From contig OZ242358.1 of NCBI GenBank assembly GCA_965208835.1, forward strand, positions 3,008,001 to 3,072,000: 64,000 nucleotides of DNA. The letters are read 5' to 3'. Source of the DNA: Candidatus Latescibacterota bacterium. GTDB lineage: Bacteria; Latescibacterota; UBA2968; GCA-2709665. Positions 1-11,244 of the stretch are shown here, piece after piece. A program made the position numbers and the translations under genes. Numbering within the stretch: position 1 is the stretch's first letter; each line of letters begins with the position of its first letter. The notes beneath the pieces are model-generated. The model was not told the origin of the DNA. It did not search any database and was given only the letters and a program-made list of their open reading frames with translations.

Positions 1-65
1 TCTCATCGCCGGAATTCCACGCCCCGGGACTCGCGTCATCCCCTCAGCCCTCCCCGATCTCCGAA

Positions 66-223
66 TGTACGCCGGAAACCACAAACCTGTTGCAAAATAA
101 CCACATCTGTGTTATTCTTTCACAGGTTCAGGCCAGGCGCCTGAGGAAGATTTCGGTGTAAGTGCTTGTTTTCCAATGTTATTTTGGTGTGAGTCCAAAA
201 GGCCATACTGGTACGGTTTTTGC
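66..223 (+). promoter_or_regulatory. sigma54 (-24/-12) promoter with IHF-like site and three upstream activator sites
   Basis: TGGTAC-GGTTT-TTGC at 209-223 (GG and GC 10 nt apart); AAACAAGCACTTA on the minus strand at 159-171 resembles IHF WATCAAN4TTR; TGT-N11/12-ACA at 66-83, 88-105 and 108-124. Confidence 0.75.
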
Positions 224-279
224 CCACTCTGATTCACCGCTCTGAATGTGGTCGACGCCTTCCAGCGGAGGTCAGTACG

Positions 280-1569
280 ATGTGGCGTACAATTGTCCCT
301 CTCACCCTCCTCTTTGCCTTTACGAATCCCTCCGTGTACGCCCAGGATGCCACCGGATACGTGGTCGAACGAATCGAGGTTCGGGGCAATCACAAGACAA
401 AAGCGGACATCATCCTTCGCTCACTACCGATCCATAAGGGTGACCGGCTCACGCCCGGAAGACTCGATGCCAGCCGGGAGTCACTCTACCGTACCCGCCT
501 GTTCCGAACGGTACACGTCGCGCCGAAGCCCGGCACGGAACAGGGCAAGGCGGTGCTGGTCGTCTACGTCGACGAGAAAAGGTTCGGCGACGCCGGCGTC
601 AGCTTCGAATACACCGAACTGGACGGATTCGGGCTTGCCGCCGACGCCTATCACGTCAACCTCGGAGGAGAGGGGAAGACCGTAGGCGTGGAGTATTCGC
701 ATGGCGAGCGCCTGCAGCGCTTCGGTTTCAGCTATGCCGACCCCTGGCTTACCAGCGGCTGCACGTCGCTACATATGAAAGCCCTCTTTTCAAGGGCCGA
801 CCGCGACATGTATCGCAGTTCCGACCCCCAGAAGCGCGGCCTGTACGACCTGGACAGAATCGGCGGCGCGGTGGGCCTCGGAAAGCCCATCGGCGAGGAA
901 TTCCGCCTGGTGGTCCGATACGCCCTCGACCAGATTCGGATCAACGACTTCGACGAGCCGAAGGTCTACATCTCGGGCCCGGAATTTACGCGAGAGGTCA
1001 GTTCGGCCCTCGGCCGTACGCCTATATCCACCTTCGGCATCGAACTCTTCCGGCAGCCCGCCTCGAGGTTCTGGGGCGGCGCGCCGGGATTCGATCTCAA
1101 TTTCCGGCTGGACTTCGCCCCCGGCGCGCTGGGCACGAACGCGAGCTACTTCCGATCCAGGGTGGAGGCCCATCGTCATTTTGCCACCCTCCCCGGACAG
1201 ACCCTCAGCGTGGGAGGAAGGGCGGGACTGATCTTCGGATCGCCGCCATTTTTCGAACGTTTTTACCTGGATGGCGAGAATCAGCTCAGGGGGTTTGAAA
1301 GGCGGGCGATCGGCCCCGAGGGCGGCACGGAATTTGTCTCCATCGAAGGCGTCTATGCGATCGCAACCCGCCCGATCGGCAGGCTCTACTGCTTTGCCGA
1401 ATGGGCCGCGATACGCAGACCGGTCGCGGCGTTTCACCGGAGGGATTCGAACGGCACTTATGGAATCGGCGCGCTGCTGTTTAACCGGGTCGACATCAGC
1501 TACGGTTTGAAAAGGGGTACGTTAATCGTAAAATTCCACAGGTTCGGCGGCATCAATCTGGGCCTTTGA
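280..1569 (+). CDS. Omp85/BamA-TamA family outer membrane protein, single POTRA domain
   Basis: GGAGG RBS before ATG 280; signal peptide; POTRA motif (VERIEVRGNHKTK...LYRTRLF); barrel motif ERFYLDGENQLRGF. Confidence 0.8.
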   Translation: MWRTIVPLTLLFAFTNPSVYAQDATGYVVERIEVRGNHKTKADIILRSLPIHKGDRLTPGRLDASRESLYRTRLFRTVHVAPKPGTEQGKAVLVVYVDEKRFGDAGVSFEYTELDGFGLAADAYHVNLGGEGKTVGVEYSHGERLQRFGFSYADPWLTSGCTSLHMKALFSRADRDMYRSSDPQKRGLYDLDRIGGAVGLGKPIGEEFRLVVRYALDQIRINDFDEPKVYISGPEFTREVSSALGRTPISTFGIELFRQPASRFWGGAPGFDLNFRLDFAPGALGTNASYFRSRVEAHRHFATLPGQTLSVGGRAGLIFGSPPFFERFYLDGENQLRGFERRAIGPEGGTEFVSIEGVYAIATRPIGRLYCFAEWAAIRRPVAAFHRRDSNGTYGIGALLFNRVDISYGLKRGTLIVKFHRFGGINLGL

Positions 1570-1690
1570 GTCCGTGGAATCGTCCATTGCAGCGCGGACG
1601 GATCCCGTGTGCCCGGTCCATAGCCATTCGGCGGTTCTTTCACCACGGCCCCCGTTGCCGCAACCGCTGAAAACTCACCAATCTCCTGAA

Positions 1691-2323
1691 ATGCATACCA
1701 TTCGAGGCAAAGCGGAGGCGTCCAGGCGAATTGTCGGCATTTGCGCTTGCCTCTTTTTTTTTGTGCTATCCCAGGGGCGTTCCGACGCCCGTGACGTCGC
1801 CGTTGCCGTTGCCGCAAAGAAGGTCTACCTGCAAGCGGACACGCTCAAACTGAACGTCGAACTGGATTCTCTCTTCTCCCGGCGCGCGCTGGATGCCATT
1901 GCATCCGGCCTCATCACCTCGGTGGTCATGGAATTCCGGCTGGATTCGGACCGGGAGTCGAAAGCGCTGGAGTACACGCTCGGCATGCGGCTCGACCACG
2001 ACATCTGGGAGGGAAGGTATCGGGTGGTTCGTAATACCGGCCGCCTGGACACCCTGCAGACTGCCCATTTCGATACGGTCAGGACGTTCTGCTCGAGGCT
2101 CAAGGGGCTTACGCTCGGGCTGCTTCCCGACGGACGTGACTTCAAACTGCGCCTTCGCGTCGGCGTCACGCCCATCTCCGTTGAACAGGAGCAGCGCTCA
2201 CGCCGCTGGCTCAATGTCCTCCAGAAAGGAAGCCTGCTGGAGCTCTTCATCTCGCTGGACCGACCCATGAAACGGACACCCTGGATCGAAGTCGGCCAAT
2301 TCTCGGCGGAGGATCTGCAATGA
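1691..2323 (+). CDS. DUF4390-like exported protein
   Basis: Signal-like segment; DAIASG and LDHDIWEGRYRV motifs; position just upstream of an NtrY-like kinase; start uncertain. Confidence 0.6.
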   Translation: MHTIRGKAEASRRIVGICACLFFFVLSQGRSDARDVAVAVAAKKVYLQADTLKLNVELDSLFSRRALDAIASGLITSVVMEFRLDSDRESKALEYTLGMRLDHDIWEGRYRVVRNTGRLDTLQTAHFDTVRTFCSRLKGLTLGLLPDGRDFKLRLRVGVTPISVEQEQRSRRWLNVLQKGSLLELFISLDRPMKRTPWIEVGQFSAEDLQ

Positions 2324-3816
2324 GGTCCCTACCCTTGCGATGGCGCATCATTATCGCCCTCATCGCGCTCACCCTGGGTACGACGCTGGCATTGTCCCTG
2401 CTGGCGCAACACTTCCTGGAATCCGGCCTGCAGCTGCAGGACAACATCAGCGCAAGCACGAGCCGGGCACTGAACGACGCGGTCAAACTGGCGAGGGATC
2501 ACTACGAAAGCCGCAAGGCGTCGCTCAGCGATATCGGGAAACACCTCTTCCGTTCACGGCTGCCGGCGGAAGCCGTTCGGACGGGAGACCTGCAGCCAAT
2601 CCGCGATTTGCTGGACAGATACGACCTGAAAGACACACAGCTCCGGTTTGCGCAGGCCGCGGAAATCGCGTCTCTGAATCTGCAGTGGCCGGTCTCCGGC
2701 GCCGTCGTACGCAAAGCCGGGGAGCGCGATGCGTCTCTGGAGATGTTCGTGCCGGTTGACCAGAATGCGCAATCGGGTTCGGCCCTCGTCATCACGAGTC
2801 CCATGGTCGAACTCAACAATGTCGAGCAGGCGGTGCAGGCCCATCAGTACCTGCGGATGATCGGAAGCGACCTCAGAGGTGAATTCTTCTTCTATTTCCT
2901 GGTCGCGACCATAGGACTGCTTCTGCTTGCCTGCCTGATGGGTGTGCGCATCGGCTTCGGTGTCACGCATCCGCTGGACGATCTCGTCAAGGGAACACGA
3001 GAACTCGCCCAGGACAACCTGGACTACCGTATTCCTGCCGGGCGCGACGACGAAATCGGGCTGCTGATCAATTCCTTCAATCGGATGGCGGAAGACCTGA
3101 CCCAGAACCGCCAGCAGCGTCTCGAGGCGGAAAAAATCGCTGCCTGGCGCGAGATCGCCCGGCGCCTCGCCCATGAAATCAAGAATCCGCTGACACCGAT
3201 ACAACTCACGGTCCAGCAGATCCGCGACAAATATCCGGGCGAAGATCCCGCCTACAGGAAGCTCGTACAGGACTGCACGGAAATCGTCACTGAAGAGGTG
3301 GAAAGCCTGAGAAAACTGGTTCAGGAATTCGCCGATTTCGCACGAATGCCTTCACTTTCCCTGGGAAGGCACAGCCTGAACGACGTGATCACCGATATCG
3401 TGCGGCTCTATCCCGAAGCCGGAATTGCACTCGAACTCACGCCGGAGGCGCCCGATCTGGACCTGGACAGCGAACAGATGCGCCGCGTGCTGATCAACCT
3501 GATCGAAAACGGGCTCGAAGCCGCCGGCCAACAGGGCGGAATCGTCATCCAGACCGAAAACAACCCGAACTGGGTCAAACTCCTGGTCGTGGATACGGGC
3601 CCCGGCGTTCCCGAAGGGGACCGGGAGCGCATCTTTCAGCCGCACGTGACGTCCAAACAAGGCGGAATGGGCATGGGGCTGGCAGAGGTCCGCAGCATCA
3701 TCGAGAGCCACGGAGGCCAGATCGTCGCGGTGAACGCACCCGGAGGCGGCGCGCAGTTTGAGGTTACCCTTCCCATACCCGGGGAACGGGTCCGACAGCC
3801 GGAGGAGAGGATATGA
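2320..3816 (+). CDS. HAMP-domain sensor histidine kinase, NtrY-like
   Basis: Two TM helices, HAMP domain, AWREIARRLAHEIKNPLTPIQL H-box, DTGPG and GMGMGL G-boxes. Confidence 0.92.
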   Translation: MRSLPLRWRIIIALIALTLGTTLALSLLAQHFLESGLQLQDNISASTSRALNDAVKLARDHYESRKASLSDIGKHLFRSRLPAEAVRTGDLQPIRDLLDRYDLKDTQLRFAQAAEIASLNLQWPVSGAVVRKAGERDASLEMFVPVDQNAQSGSALVITSPMVELNNVEQAVQAHQYLRMIGSDLRGEFFFYFLVATIGLLLLACLMGVRIGFGVTHPLDDLVKGTRELAQDNLDYRIPAGRDDEIGLLINSFNRMAEDLTQNRQQRLEAEKIAAWREIARRLAHEIKNPLTPIQLTVQQIRDKYPGEDPAYRKLVQDCTEIVTEEVESLRKLVQEFADFARMPSLSLGRHSLNDVITDIVRLYPEAGIALELTPEAPDLDLDSEQMRRVLINLIENGLEAAGQQGGIVIQTENNPNWVKLLVVDTGPGVPEGDRERIFQPHVTSKQGGMGMGLAEVRSIIESHGGQIVAVNAPGGGAQFEVTLPIPGERVRQPEERI

Positions 3817-5195
3817 CGGAACCGACCATTCTGGTGGTGGACGACGAACGAAACATTCGCCGGACTCTGGAGATGATCCTGACCGCCGAAGGCTACCGGG
3901 TCGTCTGCGCGGCTTCCGGAAATGAAGCTCTGGCCGCAATAAAGGCCGAGGCGCCGCAGGTCGTTTTGCTGGACATCGTCCTGCCGGGATCGAACGGGAT
4001 CGAAGTCCTTAAAACGGCCCGGCAGAACGACCCGAACCTGGCCGTTATCATGATCTCCGGTCACGGGACGGTCCACGACGCGGTTGTGGCGACGAAACTG
4101 GGCGCCTACGATTTCCTGGAAAAGCCGCTGTCCCGGGAAAAAGTATTGCTTACGCTCTCACACGCTCTTGAGAGCGTCGAGCTGACCGAAGAAAATCGCA
4201 ATCTGCGACAAAGGTTCGAGACGCGATTCGAAATGGTGGGCAGGAGCGGCGCCATCGCGTCCGTACGTGAACAGATCGGAAAGGTCGCGCCAACCAACGG
4301 TCGTGTCCTGATCCTGGGCGAAAGCGGCACGGGCAAGGAACTGGTCGCGAGGGATATCCACAGGAACAGCCGGCGCGGCGAGGGTCCGTTCGTCAAAGTC
4401 AACTGCGCGGCGATTCCGGAGGAGCTCATCGAAAGCGAACTGTTCGGCAGCGACCGCGGCGCGTTTACGGGATCTGTGAAAACCCGCGACGGCAAGTTCC
4501 TCCAGGCCGATGGCGGGACGCTCTTCCTGGACGAAATCGGAGATATGAGCCTGAGCGTCCAGGCCAAGGTCCTGCGGGCCCTCGAACAGGGGGAATTCGA
4601 ACGGGTTGGCGGCTCGAAAACCCTAAAGGTGGATGTGCGGGTGATCGCCGCGACCAATAAAAACCTGCAACAGCAGGTCGAGGACGGAGCTTTCCGGGAG
4701 GACCTCTACTTCCGGCTTAATGTCGTGCCCATCACGGCCCCGCCACTGAGGCATCGAAAGGAAGACATACCCCTGCTCTCGGAGCATTTTCTAAAGGGAT
4801 ACGCCGACGAGAACGACTTCCGCCCGAAGGAAATCACCCCGGACGCGATGGAAGCCCTGAAGAATTACAGCTGGCCGGGAAACATCAGGGAACTCAAGAA
4901 CCTTATTGAGCGCCTTTCCATCATGGTCGCGGAAGATACGGTCCACGTCCATCATCTGCCCCGTCTGGACGGACCCGAACCCGACCGCGGCGCCGACACC
5001 CCCGGCGACACTCCCTTGCTGCCCGGCGTCGAGTCCGGAAAGAGCCTGCAGGAAGTCCGGGAGGCTGTGGAGAAGGCTTACATTTCAGGTGCATTGAAGG
5101 ACAACGGCTGGAACGTAACAAAGGCCGCCAGATTGCTTGGCGTTGACCGTACAAACCTCCACAAGAAAATCAAGTATTACAATATCGAGCGCTGA
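3813..5195 (+). CDS. sigma54-dependent response regulator, NtrX/NtrC family
   Basis: REC domain, GESGTGKE, intact GAFTGS loop, WPGNIRELKN, Fis-type HTH. Confidence 0.95.
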   Translation: MTEPTILVVDDERNIRRTLEMILTAEGYRVVCAASGNEALAAIKAEAPQVVLLDIVLPGSNGIEVLKTARQNDPNLAVIMISGHGTVHDAVVATKLGAYDFLEKPLSREKVLLTLSHALESVELTEENRNLRQRFETRFEMVGRSGAIASVREQIGKVAPTNGRVLILGESGTGKELVARDIHRNSRRGEGPFVKVNCAAIPEELIESELFGSDRGAFTGSVKTRDGKFLQADGGTLFLDEIGDMSLSVQAKVLRALEQGEFERVGGSKTLKVDVRVIAATNKNLQQQVEDGAFREDLYFRLNVVPITAPPLRHRKEDIPLLSEHFLKGYADENDFRPKEITPDAMEALKNYSWPGNIRELKNLIERLSIMVAEDTVHVHHLPRLDGPEPDRGADTPGDTPLLPGVESGKSLQEVREAVEKAYISGALKDNGWNVTKAARLLGVDRTNLHKKIKYYNIER

Positions 5196-5215
5196 CGGGA
5201 TGAATCGGCGGGTGG

Positions 5216-6385
5216 ATGATTGGATCTTCTTCGGACAGGACGCCAGGATTGAAAGCCGCGTTCCTCATTCTTCTCCCGGTACTTATCTGGGTCTCCGATG
5301 CCCGCGCGCAGTCCGACGGCGTTTCCCGGTTCGAGAAGCTCTACCGGGGTGCCCGGCTTCGATACAATCGCGTGGAAGGCCCCTTCCTGGGGTATCGCCT
5401 GTCCCTCCGCCACAAGGACCGGCCGCGACTCACCGTCTTCGCGGAAAGTGGATACGGCTTTGCCAGCCGTTCGGCCCGGTGGGAAGCCGGCCTGGAATAC
5501 CGCGGCCCGGAAATTAGCGTAAACGTCGCTGTCTTCGACAGGTCCGATACGCCCGACCGCGACATCGTGGGGACCACCGAAAACAGCCTGTTCAGCCTCC
5601 TGTTCAAGTGGGACCACCACGACTATTTCCGGGCAGAAAACGGATTCGAAGCGAATATTACCGTCACAAGGAAAGAGTGGCTCTCGCTCATCAGTGGACT
5701 GACCGCATACCGCTGCAAGCCCATGCCAGTCAGCACCGCATGGAGCCTGTTCTTCCGGAACCGCCCCTTTCGAATCAACCCGACCGCGCGGTCGGGAGAT
5801 GTCGGCGTATTTCACGCCGGCGTGGTGGTCGACACACGGGTCAGCAGCCCGCTCTTCCGAAACGCCTGGTACGGTCGGATACGCTACGAGCGCGGCTTTC
5901 GGGATTTCACGTTTCACGGCCTCACGCTGGAGGGCAAGCGCTATCAGAAGGCAAAATTCGGAAGGCAGGGCCTGATTCTTCGGGCTCGGTTGAGCGCACG
6001 ACAGAGCGAGGCGCCTCAGTACCTGTTCGGGCTGGGCGGCGCCGGTACCCTGCGCGGGTACGACATCAAGGAATACCGAGCCAATCGTCTGGTCTTACTC
6101 AACGTCGAGTACGCCTTCCGGGGCGACGTCCTTCCCGGTATCCCTATCAAGGGGTTCAATCTGCTCAACCTCACGATGTTCGCGGATGCGGGATGGACCC
6201 GGCGGATGTCGGAATCCGCCCACCTGTTCGCAGGATTCGGAGACATGGACTTCACATCCTTCAAGACGAGCACAGGGCTCGGAATTGCGCTGCCGCGGCA
6301 ACTTCTCCGGCTGAACGTCGCCCGCCGGCTGGACAGGGCGAATGACGCCTGGACCCTTTCGGTCAGACTCAGATTCAATCTCTGA
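5216..6385 (+). CDS. Omp85-like outer membrane beta-barrel protein without POTRA
   Basis: Signal peptide; RYNRVEG; GLGGAGTLRGY; aromatic C-terminal strand VRLRFNL. Confidence 0.7.
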   Translation: MIGSSSDRTPGLKAAFLILLPVLIWVSDARAQSDGVSRFEKLYRGARLRYNRVEGPFLGYRLSLRHKDRPRLTVFAESGYGFASRSARWEAGLEYRGPEISVNVAVFDRSDTPDRDIVGTTENSLFSLLFKWDHHDYFRAENGFEANITVTRKEWLSLISGLTAYRCKPMPVSTAWSLFFRNRPFRINPTARSGDVGVFHAGVVVDTRVSSPLFRNAWYGRIRYERGFRDFTFHGLTLEGKRYQKAKFGRQGLILRARLSARQSEAPQYLFGLGGAGTLRGYDIKEYRANRLVLLNVEYAFRGDVLPGIPIKGFNLLNLTMFADAGWTRRMSESAHLFAGFGDMDFTSFKTSTGLGIALPRQLLRLNVARRLDRANDAWTLSVRLRFNL

Positions 6386-6401
6386 TCCGGCCCCTTCCGA
6401 T

Positions 6402-6432
6402 AAAAAAAGCCCCGGGGAGAGATCCCCGGGGC
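6402..6432 (-). terminator. Rho-independent terminator of ahcY
   Basis: GCCCCGGGGA-GAGA-TCCCCGGGGC stem preceded by A7 on the + strand. Confidence 0.8.
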
Positions 6433-6485
6433 AAGTCATCTCGCGCGTTGTGGGCGGCAATGCTTCGGTCGGGTAAACGTCCGGC

Positions 6486-7736
6486 TCAGGTGCCCTCCTG
6501 CCAGGAGCCGAGATACCGTTCCTGGTCGGCGGTCAGCGAGTCAATCTCTACGTCCATCGCCTCCAGTTGCAGCCGGGCGACCTCGCGGTCGATTTCATCG
6601 GGCAACCGGTACACCCGGGGCTCCAGTGTATCGGCGTTCCTGATGCCGTATTCAACCCCAAGGGCCTGGTCGCAGAACGACAGAGACATCACCGTGGACG
6701 GATGGCCCTCCGCGCACGCGAGGTTCACGAGACGGCCCTCGCCGCACAGGAACAGCGAGCGGCCGTTCAGGGTATATTCGTGAAACAGTGGCCGCACTTC
6801 CTCCTTATTTTCTGCCATCGCCTCCAGCCCGTCCACGTCGATCTCCAGATCGAAATGGCCGGCATTGGCCACCACCGCGCCGTCCTTCATGGCCTTCATA
6901 TGTCCCGCGCTGATGACGTGCTTGTTGCCGGTCACCGTCACAAACAGGTCGCCGATACCGGCCGCGTGCGCCATCGGCATCACCCGGAACCCGTCCATAC
7001 GGGCCTGCAGCGCGCGAAACGGATCCACCTCCGTGACGATGACCTCTGCGCCCAGTCCCCGCGCCCTTGACGCCACGCCCTTGCCGCAACTGCCATAGCC
7101 GACAACGACAACCGCCTTGCCGCTGATCAGCAGGTTGGATGCCCGCACCACACCGTCAAGCGCCGACTGTCCCGTTCCGTAGAAATTGTCCATCAGGTGT
7201 TTGGTATCGCAGTCGTTAACGGCAATGATGGGATATCTCAGCGCATTGTCCTTTTCCATCGCACGCAGGCGGATGATGCCGGTCGTCGTCTCCTCGCAAC
7301 CGCATACGATCTCCGGTATCTGTTCCGGGTAGTTCGTATGCACCTCGTTGACCAGGTCGCAGCCGTCGTCGATGGTCACATGCGGCCGGGTTTCTATTAC
7401 CGCACGAAGATACCGATAGTAGTCGTCCCGCGTCTCGCCCTTGTAGGCATAGACCGCGACGTCCTCGGCCGCGAGCGCCGCCGCAACGTCGTCCTGGGTG
7501 GAAAGCGGATTGCAGCCGGTTATCGACACGCTGGCGCCTCCGGCCCGCAGCGTCCGCACAAGCACCGCGGTCTCTTTGGTTACGTGGAGCGCCATGCCGA
7601 TCCGGTATCCGGAAAGCGGCTTTTCCCGCGCGAAGCGTTTACGTATCTTCAACAGGGCGCCCATCTGCTTCTCGGCCCATTCGATATTCCTGAATCCCTG
7701 TTCCGCAAGACCGATATCCTTTACCTCGTAACCCAC
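6486..7736 (-). CDS. ahcY: Adenosylhomocysteinase (short, 416 aa form)
   Basis: CNPLSTQDDVAA, EETTTG, GYGSCGKG, GRLVNL..AEGHP motifs. Confidence 0.97.
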   Translation of the reverse strand: MGYEVKDIGLAEQGFRNIEWAEKQMGALLKIRKRFAREKPLSGYRIGMALHVTKETAVLVRTLRAGGASVSITGCNPLSTQDDVAAALAAEDVAVYAYKGETRDDYYRYLRAVIETRPHVTIDDGCDLVNEVHTNYPEQIPEIVCGCEETTTGIIRLRAMEKDNALRYPIIAVNDCDTKHLMDNFYGTGQSALDGVVRASNLLISGKAVVVVGYGSCGKGVASRARGLGAEVIVTEVDPFRALQARMDGFRVMPMAHAAGIGDLFVTVTGNKHVISAGHMKAMKDGAVVANAGHFDLEIDVDGLEAMAENKEEVRPLFHEYTLNGRSLFLCGEGRLVNLACAEGHPSTVMSLSFCDQALGVEYGIRNADTLEPRVYRLPDEIDREVARLQLEAMDVEIDSLTADQERYLGSWQEGT

Positions 7737-7822
7737 TTCAGTCTCCTCTCCTTCCTTGACAGAACTTGCTTCCGGCGCGACAAACGTGATTCAACGGCCG
7801 GCCGGGAGATGCTTCCGCCCGG

Positions 7823-8989
7823 CTACGACAGCTTCCTCGCCGCTTCCTTCAGCGCTTCCGCCTTGTCCGTTCGTTCCCAGGCAAACCCGTCCTCCGTCCG
7901 GCCGAAATGGCCGTAGGCGGCGGTGCGTTCGTAAACCGGGCGAAGAAGGTTCAGACTTCGGATAATGCCGGACGGCCGTAATTCGAAATGAGCCTGAACC
8001 AGCTTTCCGATATCCGCGTCGCAGAGCCTGCCCGTCCCGAACGTATCCACGAAGATGGATACGGGCTCTGCCACGCCGATCGCATAGGCCAACTGCACCT
8101 CGCACCGGCTCGCGAGCCTGGCCTTCACCACGTTTTTGGCAACGTACCGCGCGGCATAGTGCGCGCTCCTGTCAACCTTGCTGGGGTCCTTTCCGGAAAA
8201 CGCCCCGCCCCCGTGCCGCCCCACGCCGCCGTAGGTATCCACGATGATCTTCCGGCCGGTCAACCCCGTATCGCCGTGCGGACCTCCGACCACGAAACGA
8301 CCGGTGGGGTTGATGTGATAGATCGTGTCCCCGTCCAGATAATCCGCCGGGATAACCTTCTTTACAAGGTGCTGTTTCATGTCGCGGCAGATGCGGTCAT
8401 GTTCCACGTCTGGGTCGTGCTGCGTTGAAATCACGACCGTATGTACGCGTACGGGCCTGTCGCCATCGTATTCGACGGTCACCTGCGACTTGCTGTCGGG
8501 GCGCAGATACGGAAGCGTTCCCCGGCGTCGGAGCCCGGCCAGGGCCATCACCAGCTTATGTGACAACATAATGGGCATTGGCATCAACTCCGGGGTCTCA
8601 CGGCAGGCATAACCGAACATCATGCCCTGGTCGCCAGCGCCCTGCTCTTCGTGCAATCCCTCACCTTCCGAAACCCCCTGGGAGATGTCGGGTGACTGCG
8701 TGTGGAGCGCGATCAGCACACCGCAGGACCTGTAGTCGAATCCGTACGCCGAATCCGTGTATCCGATACGCTGAATGACGCTTCGCACGAGATCCTGTAT
8801 ATCCACCCGGGCCTTCGTGGTTACCTCACCCGACACGATCACCTGGCCCGTGGTCACCATCGTCTCGCACGCCACGCGCGACCGCGGGTCTTCAACCAGC
8901 ATCGCATCCAGGACCGCATCGGAAATCTGGTCGCAGATCTTGTCCGGATGCCCTTCGGACACCGATTCCGAGGTAAACAGGCGCCGCAT
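7823..8989 (-). CDS. metK: S-adenosylmethionine synthetase
   Basis: [28 protein letters not shown]. Confidence 0.98.
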   Translation of the reverse strand: MRRLFTSESVSEGHPDKICDQISDAVLDAMLVEDPRSRVACETMVTTGQVIVSGEVTTKARVDIQDLVRSVIQRIGYTDSAYGFDYRSCGVLIALHTQSPDISQGVSEGEGLHEEQGAGDQGMMFGYACRETPELMPMPIMLSHKLVMALAGLRRRGTLPYLRPDSKSQVTVEYDGDRPVRVHTVVISTQHDPDVEHDRICRDMKQHLVKKVIPADYLDGDTIYHINPTGRFVVGGPHGDTGLTGRKIIVDTYGGVGRHGGGAFSGKDPSKVDRSAHYAARYVAKNVVKARLASRCEVQLAYAIGVAEPVSIFVDTFGTGRLCDADIGKLVQAHFELRPSGIIRSLNLLRPVYERTAAYGHFGRTEDGFAWERTDKAEALKEAARKLS

Positions 8990-9105
8990 GTATGCCTCTC
9001 TTCCAGTCGTGGGACCAGTACAATGCTTCGTTCGGTCAATCATGGCGAGGGGAAGACATCCGTCAGTCGGATACGGCGAAATATCGCCCCGGAGAGAGAC
9101 CCGCC

Positions 9106-10887
9106 CTACCTCTCGATTCCGGCCGGCTCCTCTTCCAGTTCATGCTGCGCCTTACGCGGACCCTGCATTCGGGTCAGGGCGCCGTGCAGATATTCCCGAA
9201 TGGCGCCGCGCGTGGGCAGGGCGAGCGCCTCTTCCGCCACAGCCCTCGCCTCTTCCATGGTAACCGACCGGATGGCCTGTTTGATCTCGGGAACCATACG
9301 CGGGCCGGCGCTGAACCCATCCACACCGAGACCCATCAGGAGGACACAACTGTGCGGGTCGCCGGCCATCTCCCCGCATACCGTGACCGGGATGTCGTGG
9401 CGGTGCCCGGCGTCCACGACCGATTTGATCAGACGCAAGACGGCGGGATGATACGGATCGTACAGGTACGCCACCCGTTCGTTCCCTCGATCCACCGCGA
9501 GGGTGTATTGGACAAGATCGTTGGTCCCGATACTGAAGAAATCCACCTCGCGCGCAAGCTGATCGGCCACGACTGCGGCCGACGGCACCTCGATGACCGC
9601 GCCGACCTCGCAGTCCTCGTCGAACGGCACACCGGACCGTTTCAGTTCGTCGCGGGCCTCGGCGAACACGGACCTGGCCTCGAGCAGTTCCTCAACGCCC
9701 GATATCATCGGGAACATCAGCTTCACGTTGCCGTGCGCGCTGGACCGGAGGATGGATCTCAATTGAACCCGGAACAGGTCTCTGTTCGCGAGAGAATGCC
9801 GGATGGCGCGCCAGCCCAGAAACGGGTTGGTCTCTTCAGCGGCATGCGATGCCTGCGCCAGCTTGTCGCCGCCCAGGTCCAGCGTGCGTACCACCAGCGG
9901 ATGAGGCGCCATCTGTTCGGCAAGACGGGTGTACGCAGCCGTCTGTTCGCTTTCTCCCGGCAGGCTGGATCCCGCAAGGTAGAGGTATTCGGTACGGTAC
10001 AGACCGATGCCCTCCGCACCGTATGCCAGGGCAGCCCCCCCCTCTTCCGGCAATTCGATGTTGCCCTGCAGGCACACCCGAACGCCGTCGAGGGTTTCGG
10101 CCGGCACGTCGGTAAACCTTTGCAGGCCCTTCTGTAACTCGGTGAACCGGCGAGCTTCGGCACGGTATCGGCTCAGCGTGTCCGGGTCGGGCCGGATACA
10201 GACCAGCCCCCGGTTCCCGTCCACAATGGCCGTGTCCCCGGGCTCAGCTGACGCCAGGGCCGCCTCGACGCCCACAACCGCCGGGATTTCGAGCCCCCGC
10301 GCGATAATCGACGCATGCGAAGTCGCCGCGCCCGCTTCGGTAACCATGCCCAGCACGCTGTCCCGCTTCAGGCGCGCCGCATTGGAGGGGGTCAACTCGT
10401 GCGCGATCACGATCGCCGGGGCGGTCATCCGATCAAGCAGCGAGTCCTCCCGCTGGCACAATCTGGACAGCACACGCCTCTCCACGTCCAGGATATCCGC
10501 GCGCCTCGCCCTGAAATAGTCGTCCTGGATTGCGTCGAATTGACGACGCACCTTCTGCAGGGTCAGCCAGAACGCATACTCCACGTTCACCCGATCCTTC
10601 CGGATCGATGCCATGGTAGGCGCTCGCAGGGCTTCGTCGTCCAGAATCATCAGATGTGCGTCGAAAATCTGCGCGTGGTCGGGACCCAGCTTCTCCTCGA
10701 CACGAGCCCGCGTGGCCTTCAGGTCTTCGGCTACCGAGGCCAGCGCATCCAGAAACCTCTGTACCTCGCCTTCGACTTCATCTTCCCCGATGCGCCGGTA
10801 GTCGACCCATGGCTCCTCCGGGTCGTGAAGATAAACCGGACCGATGACGATGCCATTCGATGCCTGGATGCCCTTCAGTACCTTCAT
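9106..10887 (-). CDS. ptsI: PEP-protein phosphotransferase (PTS enzyme I)
   Basis: [43 protein letters not shown]. Confidence 0.96.
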   Translation of the reverse strand: MKVLKGIQASNGIVIGPVYLHDPEEPWVDYRRIGEDEVEGEVQRFLDALASVAEDLKATRARVEEKLGPDHAQIFDAHLMILDDEALRAPTMASIRKDRVNVEYAFWLTLQKVRRQFDAIQDDYFRARRADILDVERRVLSRLCQREDSLLDRMTAPAIVIAHELTPSNAARLKRDSVLGMVTEAGAATSHASIIARGLEIPAVVGVEAALASAEPGDTAIVDGNRGLVCIRPDPDTLSRYRAEARRFTELQKGLQRFTDVPAETLDGVRVCLQGNIELPEEGGAALAYGAEGIGLYRTEYLYLAGSSLPGESEQTAAYTRLAEQMAPHPLVVRTLDLGGDKLAQASHAAEETNPFLGWRAIRHSLANRDLFRVQLRSILRSSAHGNVKLMFPMISGVEELLEARSVFAEARDELKRSGVPFDEDCEVGAVIEVPSAAVVADQLAREVDFFSIGTNDLVQYTLAVDRGNERVAYLYDPYHPAVLRLIKSVVDAGHRHDIPVTVCGEMAGDPHSCVLLMGLGVDGFSAGPRMVPEIKQAIRSVTMEEARAVAEEALALPTRGAIREYLHGALTRMQGPRKAQHELEEEPAGIER

Positions 10888-10983
10888 CGGTTTGAGACCT
10901 CACACACGAGAAACGGCGACGGTCTGGAATTCCGGATCCATCGGGCGCGTTCAGTTTCCGCAGCGACGCGTCCAAGTGCCGGT

Positions 10984-11244
10984 TCAGTCGAACTCGCCTT
11001 CAATCATCCGCACGATTTCGTCCAATGCTTCCTCTTCATCCGGTCCCACGGCCCGGACACGAACTTTCGCATCCGTCTCCGCCGCGAGCATCATAACGCC
11101 CATGATACTCTTGCCGTTGACTTCGAGTCCGTCCTTGATCAGGGTAATCTCAGATACATACTTTGCGGCCGCCTGCACAAGAAGGGCCGACGGCCGCGCA
11201 TGGATACCCAACCTGTTTTTCACCGTGGCTTCTCGTTCCGCCAT
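10984..11244 (-). CDS. ptsH: HPr phosphocarrier protein
   Basis: GIHARP and NGKSIMGVMML signatures. Confidence 0.95.
   Translation of the reverse strand: MAEREATVKNRLGIHARPSALLVQAAAKYVSEITLIKDGLEVNGKSIMGVMMLAAETDAKVRVRAVGPDEEEALDEIVRMIEGEFD

Noticed and set aside
8990-9105. Possible SAM riboswitch upstream of metK
   Set aside because: Only a short hairpin; no SAM-I, SAM-II or SAH consensus visible
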